IMG/VR virus record: IMGVR_UViG_3300021959_010405
Location: 53,430-117,429 of that record
From: a virus
DNA length: 64,000 nt
Direction: 5' to 3' (one strand)
Part shown: positions 40,700 through 50,937 of the stretch, piece after piece
Numbering within the stretch: the first letter of the stretch is position 1
How the letters are laid out: each line of letters opens with the position of its first letter
Translations under genes and position numbers: made by a program
The notes under the pieces: generated by a model
Database searches by the model: none
What the model was told of the DNA's origin: nothing
What the model saw: only the letters and a program-made list of their open reading frames with translations

Positions 40700-41644
40700 A
40701 TGGAAGGCTGGCTAATACACGACCACATGACTTGTATACCTAATACAAGAACTTTATGGCATGACCTAGTTGAATGGTTACCGGGATTACAAAATAAATG
40801 CAATAATAGCGAATTAGGGGAATTACCTGACCATGTTGACTCGCTCTTAAAACATAATAGAGAACCGGAATATATTATAAGAAACGCTTCCTACTGGCCG
40901 CCGTACTATTTTAAAGATAGTAAAATAATATCAATACTTCAAGATTTTAGAAATGAGCCAACACTGAAGCAATGGCAGCTTGACGTTTGTAAAAATAGTG
41001 ATAAAGTTGTAGCAGTTTCTAATTTTGTAAAAGAGAGGTTCAAAAATGATATTGATGAAGATACTATAGAGGTACTACCAATAGGTACAGATTTTAATTT
41101 TTTTAAACCTCAAGAAGTAGATAATGATTTCAACATACTACCTAATTCAATTCTATGGGTAGGGGATTGTAATGATACTCCTAAAGGTTTTGATATATTA
41201 AAAAATATAATAAAACATACAGACTATAATTTTTGTATAGTATTAAAGTCTAATATTAAATTCGAACATAAGCGTATTAAATGCTTAAATCGAGTATCTC
41301 ATAAAGAGTTACTGAACATAATGAATAACTGTAAAGCAGTTTTATGCACTAGTAGGGAGGAAACTTTACACCTATCTTCAATAGAAGCTGCAGCATGTGA
41401 TCTACCCGTTATAACGTCAAATGTAGGTATACACTACAACACTGATTCGGGGATATGGGGCGAAAATGTTAATAGTTTAGATTATAGAGATTATATAGAT
41501 TCTATAAATACTGTGTACAATAATTATAATTATTATACTCCAAGAGAATATTTTGGTAGTCGATATAGCACCGCTGCATTAAAGAAAAGATGGGTTGGAA
41601 TGGTTAGTGAGATAGTTGATAGTCTTAGTACTAGTTGTAAATAA
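40700..41644 (+). CDS. GT4 glycosyltransferase
   Basis: VAVSNF, LPIGTD, KGFD, EETLHLSSIEAAACDLPVITSNVG. Confidence 0.85.
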   Translation: MEGWLIHDHMTCIPNTRTLWHDLVEWLPGLQNKCNNSELGELPDHVDSLLKHNREPEYIIRNASYWPPYYFKDSKIISILQDFRNEPTLKQWQLDVCKNSDKVVAVSNFVKERFKNDIDEDTIEVLPIGTDFNFFKPQEVDNDFNILPNSILWVGDCNDTPKGFDILKNIIKHTDYNFCIVLKSNIKFEHKRIKCLNRVSHKELLNIMNNCKAVLCTSREETLHLSSIEAAACDLPVITSNVGIHYNTDSGIWGENVNSLDYRDYIDSINTVYNNYNYYTPREYFGSRYSTAALKKRWVGMVSEIVDSLSTSCK

Positions 41645-41648
41645 TAAT

Positions 41649-42593
41649 ATGAAAATTTTAATTGCCGGCGGGGCTGGTTATATAGGCGGGGCGTTCGTTG
41701 ATAAATATTTAGACGATCAAGATTATGATATAACAGTTGCAGATAATCTTATATATGAAGATAGATATCTCAAAGATGTAAAATTTATTAATATAGATGT
41801 TAGAGATACTAATAAGCTTGACGAAATAATTCATGATTTTGATGCTGTTATACTTTTAGCTGCTCTCGTTGGAGACCCTGCATGCGCTGTTGATGCTCAA
41901 CTATCGTATGATATTAATGTAGCGCCAGTTAAGTGGGTATCGGATAATTATAAGGGTAAGATTATTTTCATGTCGACCTGCTCTGTGTATGGTAAAAATG
42001 ATAGTTTAATTGACGAAACTGCAGATCCAAACCCATTATCAATATATGCTGAAACAAAACTCGAAGCAGAAGAATATCTAATTAATGCTCGCCCGGATAG
42101 CCTTATTTTTAGGTTAGGTACACTGTATGGTTTAGGAGATACACATAGTAGACTGCGGTTAGATCTTGTTGTCAATGTGTTGACACTTAAAGCAGCACTC
42201 GGTGAGACTTTAAGCGTTTTTGGAGGAGAGCAGTGGAGACCTCTACTACATGTAAGGGATGTAGCTAATGGTATTAATTATGGTATTAAAAATAATCTAA
42301 CGGGGATTTTTAATCTATCAGAGAAAAATTATACCATTACCGACATAGCGAAAACGGTATCAAATATAGTCCCGGGATCTGAAATCAATTATAGCGATAT
42401 CCCGTTTGAGGATATGAGAGATTATAAAGTTTCTAATGAAAAAATTATTAAAACAGGGTGGAAGCCAGAACTCTCGCTAGAAGATGGTATATCAGAACTA
42501 TATGATATATTTAAAGATAAAAGAGTTAAATGTCTAGATGATGACATTTACCACAATGGTAATTACATAAAAAAGATATATGGAAAAAAATAA
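41649..42593 (+). CDS. NAD-dependent nucleotide-sugar epimerase/dehydratase (start adjusted to MKILI)
   Basis: GGAGYIG, STCSVYG, YAETK, RLGTLYG, QWRPLLHVRD. Confidence 0.9.
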   Translation: MKILIAGGAGYIGGAFVDKYLDDQDYDITVADNLIYEDRYLKDVKFINIDVRDTNKLDEIIHDFDAVILLAALVGDPACAVDAQLSYDINVAPVKWVSDNYKGKIIFMSTCSVYGKNDSLIDETADPNPLSIYAETKLEAEEYLINARPDSLIFRLGTLYGLGDTHSRLRLDLVVNVLTLKAALGETLSVFGGEQWRPLLHVRDVANGINYGIKNNLTGIFNLSEKNYTITDIAKTVSNIVPGSEINYSDIPFEDMRDYKVSNEKIIKTGWKPELSLEDGISELYDIFKDKRVKCLDDDIYHNGNYIKKIYGKK

Positions 42594-43017
42594 TAATTCT
42601 GCAGAAATTATAAAAGGGGGTAAAGCAGTTGATGATCGAGGGTCAGTGTCATTTGTTAATGATTTTAATTTCGATAATGTTAAACGCTTCTACCAAGTCT
42701 CTAATCATAGGAGAGGCTTTATAAGAGCATGGCACGGGCATGAAAAGGAAGGTAAATATGTTTATGTAGCAAAAGGTGCAGCACTAATTGGATTTGTAGA
42801 TTTTAAGAACAAAGATGCAAATCCAGATAAGGTGGTATTATCAGATACTAATCCGCAGATATTGTATATACCGCCTGGATTTGCGAATGGTTTTAAGAGT
42901 TTAGAAGAAGACACAATTATACAATTTTATTCTACTTCCACCTTGGAGGAATCATTAGGGGATGATATTAGATTTGATTATGATAAATGGAATATTTGGG
43001 AGGAAGATTTTAGATGA
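42580..43017 (+). CDS. rmlC: dTDP-4-dehydrorhamnose 3,5-epimerase
   Basis: DDRG, IRAWHGH, LYIPPGFANGF. Confidence 0.85.
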   Translation: MEKNNNSAEIIKGGKAVDDRGSVSFVNDFNFDNVKRFYQVSNHRRGFIRAWHGHEKEGKYVYVAKGAALIGFVDFKNKDANPDKVVLSDTNPQILYIPPGFANGFKSLEEDTIIQFYSTSTLEESLGDDIRFDYDKWNIWEEDFR

Positions 43018-43841
43018 AAAATATATTATTATTAGGCAATAAAGGAATGTTGGGTAGATATTTTCAAAAATATATGCAAACAAAAAGCGAATTTAATGTT
43101 TTATCGCTTTCTAGAGATGAGTTGGATGCTGAAACTGCTACAGTTGATAATATCAGGCGTATAATTAATGAGAACAATATTGAGGTCATTATTAATTGTG
43201 TAGGTATGATTAAGCCTCAAATTGCGAAGTATAGCATGTCGTCTGCAATAAAGGTAAATTCACTTTTCCCATATTTGCTAAGCGAGGCAGTTGAAGGTAG
43301 CGATACTAAGGTAGTTCATATTACTACCGATTGTGTTTATAGTGGCGATTTAGCTCAAACCTTGTCTTATAATGAAGACAGTATACACGATGTTGAAGAT
43401 GATTATGGATTGACTAAATTTCTCGGCGAGCCAGATAATGTAATGGTCTTGAGAACATCTATAATTGGTGAAGAAGTAGGTCAGCAGAGATCTTTAATTG
43501 AGTGGCTAAAGAGTAATAAAGGCGGTGAGGTTAATGGATTTTTGGATCATCACTGGAATGGTGTTACATGTTTACAGCTTGCTAAAATCGTTTGCAATTT
43601 GATCGATAAAAATGATATGTGGATTGGTAAGAGACATGTTCATTCGAATACAGTCAATAAGTTCGAACTTCTAAACATCATTAATGATGCGTTTTCTCTC
43701 GACTTGAAGGTTAATAAAGTCGATAGCGGCAATTATTGTAATAGAAGCCTTTCGACCAAATATTCAAACATTAATAATCTCAATCTTGTAGACCAGTTGC
43801 AAGAATTGGCAGAGTTTAATGAGTATCTTTACAAAGAATAG
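43014..43841 (+). CDS. rmlD: dTDP-4-dehydrorhamnose reductase
   Basis: LGNKGMLG, HITTDCVYSG, YGLTK, LRTSIIG. Confidence 0.85.
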   Translation: MKNILLLGNKGMLGRYFQKYMQTKSEFNVLSLSRDELDAETATVDNIRRIINENNIEVIINCVGMIKPQIAKYSMSSAIKVNSLFPYLLSEAVEGSDTKVVHITTDCVYSGDLAQTLSYNEDSIHDVEDDYGLTKFLGEPDNVMVLRTSIIGEEVGQQRSLIEWLKSNKGGEVNGFLDHHWNGVTCLQLAKIVCNLIDKNDMWIGKRHVHSNTVNKFELLNIINDAFSLDLKVNKVDSGNYCNRSLSTKYSNINNLNLVDQLQELAEFNEYLYKE

Positions 43842-43852
43842 CCCTACTCTAG

Positions 43853-43880
43853 TTGAATACTCTACTGATTGATATATAAT
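43853..43880 (+). promoter_or_regulatory. Sigma70-like promoter
   Basis: TTGAAT-N16-TATAAT, 7 nt before the ATG at 43888. Confidence 0.65.
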
Positions 43881-43887
43881 AGAGTAT

Positions 43888-44478
43888 ATGATTCTCAAGG
43901 ATATAAAACACTACGATGGCTCTTTAATTCATAAAAGATTCGCATATAACTTTTTTAGAAACCATACACTACCAATAGGCAATATTGTTGCATTTAGAGG
44001 AAGCATGGATGTATCAATCGACAATATGATTGATCAAGAGGATGTAATACAGAACGATACAATCATTAGTGATGATTCTATTAACTTCTGCTGGGAGATT
44101 CCTAATATGTGCCCCATGGGCGCTGTAGCATATCAGCGATTGCTTAATACTCAGATAGCGAACCTACTATCAACAAAGTATATACAAAAGCCGATTGAAG
44201 TTGATGGTGATGATCTAATGGTTGTAGATGAGTTTTTAGGTAGCGATAATAATAAAAGAGATAAAGGTAAGTGTAGTGTATCCATTACATACTCGAGTGA
44301 TAACGTTGCAATAGGTCATACTGGTATTAATGTTAGTGCTGGTAGAAAGGCCCCGCCATTCGCATATTCTACTAATTTATCAGACGATCAATGCGAAGAG
44401 TTTATGAATGATGTTATCTCAATGTTTTATGCTATAAATGATGATATGTTTATAGCGACCTCTAAGATAAGTGTATAA
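43888..44478 (+). CDS. DUF366-like protein (biotin/lipoate-ligase-like fold)
   Basis: YDGS, IVAFRG, MIDQED, QRLL, GDDL, HTGINV. Confidence 0.6.
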   Translation: MILKDIKHYDGSLIHKRFAYNFFRNHTLPIGNIVAFRGSMDVSIDNMIDQEDVIQNDTIISDDSINFCWEIPNMCPMGAVAYQRLLNTQIANLLSTKYIQKPIEVDGDDLMVVDEFLGSDNNKRDKGKCSVSITYSSDNVAIGHTGINVSAGRKAPPFAYSTNLSDDQCEEFMNDVISMFYAINDDMFIATSKISV

Positions 44479-44660
44479 TGTTTAGTAAATTGATTTGTAG
44501 AATCGTGGGTCACAGGTTTTATCACCCCGTAGTTATAGGGTTTAAAACATATTGGACCGTTCCAGCCGATTATTGCACTAGATGTGGGTACGGTAAGCGT
44601 GAATCAAATGTAGAAGATACTATTAGTACATATCCTAATAAATTTATTGATAGAAGCTAA
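44478..44660 (+). CDS. Small zinc-ribbon protein (DUF1660-like)
   Basis: LICRIVGH...CTRCG. Confidence 0.55.
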   Translation: MFSKLICRIVGHRFYHPVVIGFKTYWTVPADYCTRCGYGKRESNVEDTISTYPNKFIDRS

Positions 44661-45031
44661 TGAATATTTTTACATTAATTAATTCTCTCTTCTTTTCTAA
44701 GAAGCATATTGATCTTAATTCTGATGATGAGAGTCAGTTTAATGCATATATGATTAATAGATGGATATCTATGTATTCAATTGATATGGTCAATATTATT
44801 AATAATACATCTAATAGATATGCACATGTTTTCGATACTAAACAAGATCAATATAATTGGTTTTATAATTTGTTTCCTAGAGTTAGATTTAAAAAAATTA
44901 GTTATATCAAAAAGAACAAAAAGGAATCTAATACAAAAGATAAAACCGAAGATCTAACTTCTTTGATTGCGAAGAATCATGAGATAAGTGAGAGAGAAGT
45001 TCGAATGTATCACGATCTCTTTGGCAGTTGA
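44660..45031 (+). CDS. gp62: Clamp loader small subunit (gp62)
   Basis: FTLINSL..K, FNAYMINRWISM, QYNWFYN. Confidence 0.7.
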   Translation: MNIFTLINSLFFSKKHIDLNSDDESQFNAYMINRWISMYSIDMVNIINNTSNRYAHVFDTKQDQYNWFYNLFPRVRFKKISYIKKNKKESNTKDKTEDLTSLIAKNHEISEREVRMYHDLFGS

Positions 45032-45064
45032 CTTATACGTAAAAATTAATAATTATAATAACAT

Positions 45065-45478
45065 ATGCAAGCAAATATTGATTCTCTCCACCCTGAACGC
45101 GGACTTATTCAACTATCATCTGACGCGTCAGTAGATATTGATGTCGATGATTACAAGCTGACTAGACTCCATGGTGATGTTTTACTATGTGAATTTATCG
45201 ACGTTTCAGAAGATGGTGATAGTATTTTAAGAAATGGTATCTTTGTACCGATACACTCTCAAACAAAGGCATGGAGAAAGGCCCGCGTCGTTCTAGCAGG
45301 TACAGAAGCTAAATGGACAAAAGAGGGTGAGATTGTTATGTTCCCTCACAACTATGGAGTTGAGATTTCTAAAATTGAAGTTGGGGATTATGGTAAAGTT
45401 AAACAAGGAGTTTTCTTGAATGAATCACGTATTTTCGGTGCATGCGAACCAGTAGCAAATGAAGATAACGAGAAGTAA
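45065..45478 (+). CDS. GroES-like co-chaperonin
   Basis: LHGDVLL, NGIFVP, ARVVLAG, GEIVMFP, ESRIFG. Confidence 0.7.
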   Translation: MQANIDSLHPERGLIQLSSDASVDIDVDDYKLTRLHGDVLLCEFIDVSEDGDSILRNGIFVPIHSQTKAWRKARVVLAGTEAKWTKEGEIVMFPHNYGVEISKIEVGDYGKVKQGVFLNESRIFGACEPVANEDNEK

Positions 45479-45836
45479 TTTACAATCTATTTTACTAGAC
45501 AATGTAGCGGAGATTAGGTTTCGTCGTCGTACGAGCGATCCAACAAGAGCGCCATATAGAACGATGTTATGTACTAATAGTAACTCTTTACTTTATAGTA
45601 CTAATGGTAGAACAACACTAAACTTTAGCCCACCTTCGAAATCCTTAAAATATAATCCTCTATCTAAAAATATTGTTGTTACATGGGATATTTTAATGCA
45701 AGATTTTAGAGCTGTATCTATGGATGATTGCGAGCTATTGCAGGAATATCCGGCTGATGATGAGTTTTGGAAAGTCTTTAATGAAAAATTTTACGTGATG
45801 TCTCCAGAGCAAAAACTACTTTATATGAACGCATGA
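45459..45836 (+). CDS. WYL_2/DUF2693-like SH3 protein
   Basis: L...V.EIRFRRR...RTMLCTN...VTWDIL.QDFR. Confidence 0.65.
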   Translation: MKITRSNLQSILLDNVAEIRFRRRTSDPTRAPYRTMLCTNSNSLLYSTNGRTTLNFSPPSKSLKYNPLSKNIVVTWDILMQDFRAVSMDDCELLQEYPADDEFWKVFNEKFYVMSPEQKLLYMNA

Positions 45837-46177
45837 TAAATACAGAGAAATTAGAAAAATCTATATCCCACCTTTTACAAAGAAGTGTTCAATTTAAGGT
45901 TGGTGATAAAATTCTCCGGAAGGGTAAGCTTATAATTTTTAAAGTAAAGGATTTTTATATAACCTTCACTATTATAAATGATAAAGGGGAGACCAAATAT
46001 TATGATTTACCATACCCGTTTTCTGTAAATGTTACAGATACAGGCGCGGAGCTAGATTATACTCTTGATAGTTTATCGAATGGCAATAAAATGTTGCTCT
46101 ATAGATTAAAAGTTCTTAACCGAGTTAAAAAGAATAAATTATATGACAATATTCTCAGCATATCAGAAGTTGTTTAA
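45833..46177 (+). CDS. Hypothetical protein
   Basis: 114-aa ORF in operon. Confidence 0.55.
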   Translation: MINTEKLEKSISHLLQRSVQFKVGDKILRKGKLIIFKVKDFYITFTIINDKGETKYYDLPYPFSVNVTDTGAELDYTLDSLSNGNKMLLYRLKVLNRVKKNKLYDNILSISEVV

Positions 46178-46190
46178 TTTTAAAATTTAA

Positions 46191-46274
46191 GCCGAGGGAA
46201 TAGCATTGGCATATCATACTACTCATTTAGAGTAGCGTCTTAGATGTGTTGGAGATTTAAATACCTCTCCCCCC
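46191..46274 (+). pseudogene. Degenerate tRNA-like sequence (Leu-type, long variable arm)
   Basis: TTGGCA D-loop-like, CTACT/AGTAG stem with 7-nt loop, CGTC-TTA-GATG variable arm, TTTAAAT T-loop-like; acceptor and T stems imperfect. Confidence 0.35.
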
Positions 46275-46288
46275 TTTTAATAAAACTA

Positions 46289-46316
46289 TTGATTTACTAG
46301 AATAATATACTACAAT
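46289..46316 (+). promoter_or_regulatory. Sigma70-like promoter of the DinG-like helicase
   Basis: TTGATT-N16-TACAAT, 7 nt before the ATG. Confidence 0.65.
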
Positions 46317-46323
46317 ATATATT

Positions 46324-47913
46324 ATGTCTCTTATTTCTAAGTTTCCGAGCGGTTTTCAACCTCGCCCGGGTCAAATTAAATTGGTTAATGATATTGAGAA
46401 AGCGTTTGAAGATTACGATTTTGTGATATGTAGCGCGCCAACAGGTACAGGCAAATCGTTCCTCGCGAAGACCTTAGCGAATGCTAGCAAGGAACCAGCC
46501 CCGGATTTTGTAGATGATGTTGTTACGTATAGAGCATTTTCACAAACTCATGAAGAGGAGTACGATCATCAAGGGGCCTCGGTGTTGACCATAACAAAAG
46601 CGCTACAAACTCAATATAAATTCCTATTTGAAGATGCAGAAGAGCTTAAAGGTAAGAACAATTATGTATGTGAGGTAGACCCTAATGTAGATGTTGAAAT
46701 CGGGCCATGCGTTTATTTACCTAAAATAAAAAAAGATTGTTGGAAAAAAAATATATGCCCATATTACAACCAACGTAATGAATCTTTAGTTAGTAAGTTT
46801 TCAGTTTATAACTATAGTATGTTTCTAGCGCTCCCTCATGAGCTTAAAAAGAAAGAGTATTTAATTTGCGATGAGGCGAGTGAGCTTGAGGATCAAATTG
46901 TTAAGCATTTTTCTCTTAATTTTACTAGCAAGACTTTAAGATACATGGATGTAGATAGTAAGATGCCGAACATAACAAACTATAATAAATTCTATAGTTG
47001 GCTTGTAACGTTGGATTCGGAAATCTCTGATAAGGTTACTGAGCTTCTACAAAAGATTAACTCGAAGGATAAATCTGAAAAAGATGTAACGCGGTATAAA
47101 GCAATTACCCGGTTTAATGATAAACTCAAACTTATTATTAACTCATGGGAGGACTGTGAGTATGTACTAGATAAGAGGGATGATTTAGTAACGATTGTAC
47201 CTCTTCATATATCTTCTCTTACCTCGGAGATTTTTAGATATGGTAAGAAAATATTATTAATGTCGGCAACGATTATTGATCCGAAAAAATTCGCAACGTC
47301 GTTAGGAATTGAAAGGTTTAAATATATTGAAACCCCATCTCCATTTGATGCATCAAAATCACCGATATATGTATCAAATAAATATAAGTTAAATTATCAA
47401 AATATAAAAACTAATTTACCTAAAGTATGTGATATTATTCAAGAAATTTGCGATCACCATAAGGATGAAAAAGGAGCAATACATACCCATACTAGTTATA
47501 TCACCTCATTTTTAAAGGAAAACTTACAAGGCGATAGATTTCTGTACCGATTTGAAGATATCAATAATGAAAAACTAATCGAGGATCATATTAAATCAAG
47601 AAAAATACCTACAGTTTTAGTAAGCCCCTCTATAACTCACGGTGTAGATTTAAAACATACTCTGGCTAGATTTCAAATAATTGTTAAATTACCATATATG
47701 CCTCTAGGAGATAAAAGGATTAAACAATTATTCGATATTGACTCAGACTGGTACACTAATAAAATGATTAGTTCCTTAGTGCAGGCAGCTGGGAGAGGGG
47801 TAAGAAGTGTCGATGATTGGTGTGTTACCTATATACTCGACGGAAATACGACTAATATTCTTAAGAGATCGAAAAACAAATTACCTAAATTCTTTCTAGA
47901 ACGACTACAATAG
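46324..47913 (+). CDS. DinG/XPD-family SF2 helicase
   Basis: PRPGQ, APTGTGKS, four-Cys Fe-S segment (YVC..GPC..DC..CPYY), DEA, LMSATI, KLPY, QAAGRGVRS. Confidence 0.88.
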   Translation: MSLISKFPSGFQPRPGQIKLVNDIEKAFEDYDFVICSAPTGTGKSFLAKTLANASKEPAPDFVDDVVTYRAFSQTHEEEYDHQGASVLTITKALQTQYKFLFEDAEELKGKNNYVCEVDPNVDVEIGPCVYLPKIKKDCWKKNICPYYNQRNESLVSKFSVYNYSMFLALPHELKKKEYLICDEASELEDQIVKHFSLNFTSKTLRYMDVDSKMPNITNYNKFYSWLVTLDSEISDKVTELLQKINSKDKSEKDVTRYKAITRFNDKLKLIINSWEDCEYVLDKRDDLVTIVPLHISSLTSEIFRYGKKILLMSATIIDPKKFATSLGIERFKYIETPSPFDASKSPIYVSNKYKLNYQNIKTNLPKVCDIIQEICDHHKDEKGAIHTHTSYITSFLKENLQGDRFLYRFEDINNEKLIEDHIKSRKIPTVLVSPSITHGVDLKHTLARFQIIVKLPYMPLGDKRIKQLFDIDSDWYTNKMISSLVQAAGRGVRSVDDWCVTYILDGNTTNILKRSKNKLPKFFLERLQ

Positions 47914-47926
47914 ATAAATAAAGATA

Positions 47927-49087
47927 GTGGAAAGTCGAGCTTTTAGTTGGGAAGTTAAGGATATCATTACGCAGTTTATTGCGGCGTTTGATGATGTTGT
48001 TATAGGTAGATATAATCGCGATAGAGAAGAGCAAGATAAAGTAGAGGTAGGGTATATCTATCAACCAAAGCGACGCGTCATTCATGATCTGCAGAATAGA
48101 GCTCAAAATTTAAAGCTCCCCATGGGAGCGATTGTTATAAACAGTATAAGCCGAAACTCAGAAAGAGCGTTCAATAAAGTAGAAGGATTTACATACCCGG
48201 GAGTGAGAGATCCATACAAGCCTGGTCCAAACTCTGTTAAAATACCTCCCGTTGTTCCAATAGATATATCTGTTACGCTATCATTGATAGCTTCATATCA
48301 AACAGATATGGATCAAATTATAAGTAATTTTGCTGCTTATGCTAATCCATATATAATGATTACATGGAAGGTACCGACTGAGTTTGGGTTGCCTGATATA
48401 ATGCCTATCAACACAAAAGTGGAATGGGATGGTAATATTGCTCTCGACTATCCGGTTGATGTAACCCACTCAGAGAGATCTGTTATAACAGCAGACGCTA
48501 ATTTTACAATTCAGGGATGGTTATTTAAAGATTCAAATTTAGACCCTGTAAAGAATATATTTTTTATAGATGCAAACTTTCATAATAATAAAATATTATC
48601 AGCTGGAAATTTTATAGGGTATGATGATTATGCGGCATTGTCTGGATATGACTATAATTATAGCGAGGGTGAAATATCTATAACAGACGTTGATGTTGCG
48701 AGTGTTTCTGGTTCACCTACACTCACTAATATATTTTACTCTGTATCTGGTAAGGATAGCTTCCCAATATTAAATCAAGGCTATACTATTAACGACCCAG
48801 GTACTATAATTGTTTATGGTAAAAGATTTAATGAAACTACAAATGTGCTGCTGAGCAGCTCTGGATCGACTGTTTACGGATCGCTAACATCTTTGACTAG
48901 CTTTGATTATTTTCCTGATGCTTCAGGCGCTATCCTACCAGATAGTTCGTATAGAGTAATAACAGATAATGTAATGGAGATATATTTACCTGCGCTAAGC
49001 TCAGGAACATTTGATATTTTAGTAACAACACCGGCAGGGTGGGATACATCTTATAGCGCTATGTCTGGTAATTTCACAAAACAATAA
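47927..49087 (+). CDS. gp15: Tail sheath stabiliser/completion protein (gp15) with Ig-like extension
   Basis: ITQFIAAFDDV.I.RY, MDQIISNFAAYANPY, FTIQGWLF; C-terminal IPT/TIG-like strands. Confidence 0.8.
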   Translation: MESRAFSWEVKDIITQFIAAFDDVVIGRYNRDREEQDKVEVGYIYQPKRRVIHDLQNRAQNLKLPMGAIVINSISRNSERAFNKVEGFTYPGVRDPYKPGPNSVKIPPVVPIDISVTLSLIASYQTDMDQIISNFAAYANPYIMITWKVPTEFGLPDIMPINTKVEWDGNIALDYPVDVTHSERSVITADANFTIQGWLFKDSNLDPVKNIFFIDANFHNNKILSAGNFIGYDDYAALSGYDYNYSEGEISITDVDVASVSGSPTLTNIFYSVSGKDSFPILNQGYTINDPGTIIVYGKRFNETTNVLLSSSGSTVYGSLTSLTSFDYFPDASGAILPDSSYRVITDNVMEIYLPALSSGTFDILVTTPAGWDTSYSAMSGNFTKQ

Positions 49088-49102
49088 TAAATATATAGTA
49101 TA

Positions 49103-50920
49103 ATGGCAAAAGATTTTAAAGGAGCGGGAAAAGACTCTACATTTGGACGTAATTTAATGAATTATGTTGCGCAAAAATTACCATACTCTGGGTTTAGTGC
49201 TATTGATGCAGGGCAAGAAAATAATCCTAAATATAAATATTTCGAGAATCAAGGATCGCGCCGCTCCGAAGTTTTAGCTAAACATTCTGTATCTCAATCA
49301 AATAGCTTTAATAATGAAGCTGTGGGGGTTATTGACGGTAACAATAGCTTCGGGGACATGATGTATGCTAACGTGCAGAAAGATAAAGGCGCGCGTATAC
49401 AGGACTACAGAGTGATGGCTGCATTTGCAGAGGTTTCAGACGCTCTGGATGAAATTTGCGATGAGATAATAAATGTTGATGATAAAGGGGATGCATGTAA
49501 AATTATCATCGATAATAGATTAGAAGAGGATCTCTCAATGGAGATAAAAAATAACCTTTTAGATGAATTTAAAAAGTATATAGGTTTTTTTGACATTCAA
49601 GATAAGGGGTGGTCCTATTTTAGAGATCTATTAATCGAAGGGGAAATATATTTTGAGCATATAATGCATTCAAAATACCCTGATAAGGGAGTTCTTGGGA
49701 TTGTTAGGGTCCCGACTGAATTAGTAGACCCTATTTATTCAAATATACAAAATTTATTAATTAAAGGCTACTTGTATAGAAAGCCTAAAATTGACCCAGA
49801 TAAATTAATAAAAGGCGAAGAGGTTGACTTTATACCTCTGGAGCAAAATCAGGTAGTCTATATAGATAGCGGTACATGGAATGAAAATAAAAGTATAAAA
49901 CTACCGTTTATTGAAAATGCAAGACGGTCGTATAGACAATTATCATTAGTTGAGGACGCTATTTTAATTTATCGTTTAGTTAGAGCTCCTGAAAGACTGG
50001 TTTTCAACGTAGATGTGGGTAACATGTCACCTCCGAAGGCAGAGCAATACTTGAGAAAATTAATGTCTCAATATTGGTCCACTAAGACATTTGATTCAAA
50101 TCAAAACGATATTGTCAATAAATTTAATCCCCAGTCAATGCTCGATGCATTCTGGTTTGCGAAAAGAACTAATTCAGATGGTACTACTGTAAATCAACTT
50201 GAAGGGGGTGCAAACTTGGGCGAGTTGGCTGATTTAATGTATTTTGTTAAGAAGCTATACAAGGCTCTCAAAGTGCCTACTAACAGACTTGAAGCAGAAT
50301 CTACTCTCACAGATCCGGGCACTATGCTTAGAGAAGAGCTTAAATTTGCGAAGTTTATAGTAAGATTACAGCAACATTTCGCCGGTGGTTTAAAAAGAGG
50401 ATTTATAACTCATCTAAAGATGACGGAATTATGGAAAGATTTAGATATGAAAGAATCCGATATTCATATCGAATTTAATCCTCCATCAAATTTTTACGAG
50501 CTTAGAGAGGCTCAAAAGCTTGGAATAAAGGCTGAAAATTACACCAACCTCTCTCAATCCGAAATGATATCTCCAACATATTGTCAAAAGAAATATCTCG
50601 GGTGGGAGGATAGAGATATACTTGCAAATAGACAGTATATGCGAGTAGATAAAGAGTTTAACTGGGAGCTAGCCCAAATCGAGGCAATGGGACCTAACTG
50701 GAAAGATCAAATAGAAGCCCAGGCAGCCTCCATGGAAGGTGGTGCTGAAATGGGTGGCGATATGGGAGGAGATATGGGTGGTGATCTAGGCGGTGCAGGA
50801 GTTCCTCCAGATTTTGGAGGAGGGCCAGCAGCAGTAGATATAGGTGGTGAAGATGTAGGTGAACCGGTAGGGGCAGAAGTTCCAGATACAGACGTAGCTT
50901 CGGAAGCACCTATAGAGTAA
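49103..50920 (+). CDS. gp20: Portal protein (gp20)
   Basis: EDAILIYRLVRAPERLVFNVDVGNM, KALKVP, REELKFAKF. Confidence 0.96.
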   Translation: MAKDFKGAGKDSTFGRNLMNYVAQKLPYSGFSAIDAGQENNPKYKYFENQGSRRSEVLAKHSVSQSNSFNNEAVGVIDGNNSFGDMMYANVQKDKGARIQDYRVMAAFAEVSDALDEICDEIINVDDKGDACKIIIDNRLEEDLSMEIKNNLLDEFKKYIGFFDIQDKGWSYFRDLLIEGEIYFEHIMHSKYPDKGVLGIVRVPTELVDPIYSNIQNLLIKGYLYRKPKIDPDKLIKGEEVDFIPLEQNQVVYIDSGTWNENKSIKLPFIENARRSYRQLSLVEDAILIYRLVRAPERLVFNVDVGNMSPPKAEQYLRKLMSQYWSTKTFDSNQNDIVNKFNPQSMLDAFWFAKRTNSDGTTVNQLEGGANLGELADLMYFVKKLYKALKVPTNRLEAESTLTDPGTMLREELKFAKFIVRLQQHFAGGLKRGFITHLKMTELWKDLDMKESDIHIEFNPPSNFYELREAQKLGIKAENYTNLSQSEMISPTYCQKKYLGWEDRDILANRQYMRVDKEFNWELAQIEAMGPNWKDQIEAQAASMEGGAEMGGDMGGDMGGDLGGAGVPPDFGGGPAAVDIGGEDVGEPVGAEVPDTDVASEAPIE

Positions 50921-50937
50921 TATTTACCGCGCAGCCA

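Noticed and set aside
50770-50920. MGGD repeats at the portal C-terminus
   Set aside because: Low-complexity acidic/Gly tails are common on T4-like portals
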